Assembly: GCF_964355755.1 (NCBI RefSeq)
Contig: NC_092680.1
Span: 7,254,001-7,318,000 of the forward strand
Source of the DNA: Antedon mediterranea
Lineage: Eukaryota; Animalia; Echinodermata
DNA: 64,000 nt
Direction: 5' to 3'
Part shown: positions 62,184 through 64,000 of the stretch, piece after piece
Layout: every line of letters starts with the position of its first letter
How positions within the stretch are numbered: position 1 is the first letter of the stretch
Made by a program: the position numbers and the translations under genes
Notes under the pieces: generated by a model
Seen by the model: only the letters and a program-made list of their open reading frames with translations
Databases searched by the model: none
Told to the model about the DNA's origin: nothing

Positions 62184-63479
62184 TTTGAAAAATACATAAG
62201 GGATTCTTCATCTTTAAAATAACATTAGCAAATGTAATGATTATGGAATTTGACTTTTGTGAATAATGTCTTAAGTGGTTTTCAATAGCAACACATAAAA
62301 CATGTTTCATCTTTGAAAGAACATATCCATCATAAATATTATTTATCTGTAGTTTTCTGATTTAACATTTATGGACTCTTCATGTTTAGATTCCAAACTG
62401 GATAAAAAAGTTCTCAAATGAAAGCGGACACAATTTATTATTATCATATCCTCTGGTATAATCTTACCCCCCCCCCCCCCCCCTATAACACAAATTTGGG
62501 CTGACTTTGTGGGGTGGGACTATACCCGGGAAAACCCTGATTCAGGAGAAAAGAAATTATTGGTAAGCATTTCTTATAAAAGTCATTTAAACTGGCTAGA
62601 GAGAGATCTACATCCAGACCAAAAGTCAATACTGGGACTATACTCGGGAAATGACCTGAAGTGGGATTCTACCCGAGGATATACGGTAATTAAAACAAAT
62701 TGTTTGATGTGGCTTTGTGTTGGGGACCTAATTCCATTGGTCAGTTGTTTTGCACTAGTCTGATGTGATTGTACTGTGTACTCAATACCTGTATTCAGTA
62801 ACATGTGCAGTACCTATTACTGTACTTCAAAATATTTGTATTCACTTTTTAGCTAATCAAATTTTTTCAATAACAAAAAAATGTATAATGATTTACCACA
62901 AAGTATAATTTTATAAGGGTACACTTTATATTACGTTACAATATTGGACAAATGCCTAATCAAAATTATTTACAAGAGAAAATTTGTCTAGCTATGATAT
63001 TTGATGTTCCAAGAGTGTCTTACTTGTTTGGGGGTTGACATACAGTAGTAAGGAATTCCAAGCCGCAATACTCAGTTTTGGATAAAACTATTACTATACC
63101 ATAATACTGTTACATACAGTAGTTGATTATAACTATGACTGCATGATTATGTTACTCACTGTAACGAACTTAAATAAATACAGTATGTTCCAATTGATGT
63201 CATGGATGACTGCACATACAATTACTGAATCTAATTGACCATCCAATTATCAGTCACTTGCAGTGTTTCTCTACAAATAAGTGTAAATTTCAAGCTCATT
63301 TTCTCTAGTTAACGGTACCAACAGTTGCATTAACAGTAGGGTACATGCTAATTGATAATTAGAGATTATTTTGCAATGCTATTATTGTTCTATAAATAAA
63401 ACATATCTAATCCATTGACCTGTGCCATATGTGACATAGGGATGATGTCTACATTTTGAAATAGTTTACAATATGCACA

Positions 63480-64000
63480 TACAGCTCACATCAATATTAC
63501 ATTGGCATCACGTTCAGTGTACATAACTTTTACAGCACATGTACATACAGTGTACTGTACATGAGACAATATTTACATCACATTTATAGCTCACATTATT
63601 ACAATAAACATTGGCATCATATTCAATGTACATCACCTTTATAGCTCACATTATTACAATAAACATTGGCATCATATTCAATGTACATCACATTTATAGC
63701 TCACATTATTACAATAAACATTGGCATCATATTCAATGTATATCACATTAATAGCTCACATTATTACAATAAACATTGGCATCATATTCAATGTACATCA
63801 TATTAATAGCTCACATTATTACAATAAACATTGGCATCATATTCAATGTACATCACATTAATAGCTCACATTATTACAATAAACATTGGCATCATATTCA
63901 ATGTACATCACATTAATAGCTCACATTATTACAATAAACATTGGCATCATATTCAATGTACATCACATTAATAGCTCACATTATTACAATAAACATTGGC
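63480..64000. repeat. 55-bp minisatellite running off the window end
   Basis: Unit atagctcacattattacaataaacattggcatcatattcaatgtacatcacattW. Confidence 0.95.

Overview
AT-rich, intron-rich genomic DNA from an invertebrate animal (the phylum cannot be fixed from sequence alone). Seven protein-coding genes were reconstructed by hand from splice sites: a glycine-rich RRM protein (CIRBP/RBM3-like, +), FASTKD5 (+), fructose-1,6-bisphosphatase (-), two tandem single-coding-exon MYORG-like GH31 genes (+), ARIH1 (-, 14 coding exons, one GC-AG intron) and the 5' part of Homer (+). The upstream GH31 copy keeps a full-length ORF but has lost both catalytic aspartates, so it looks like a pseudoenzyme beside an intact paralog. 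Introns and intergenic DNA are dense with non-autonomous transposons (Harbinger-, Kolobok-, hAT-, Ginger-, Tc1- and Helentron-like), a 5'-truncated LINE, a Penelope fragment, tRNA-derived SINEs, a 5S rRNA-derived SINE and minisatellites. TACAGTA/TACTGTA is pervasive, and at two sites internal comparison shows it is a 5-bp insertion matching a Tc1/mariner excision footprint. Coordinates were read by eye and may be off by a few bases.
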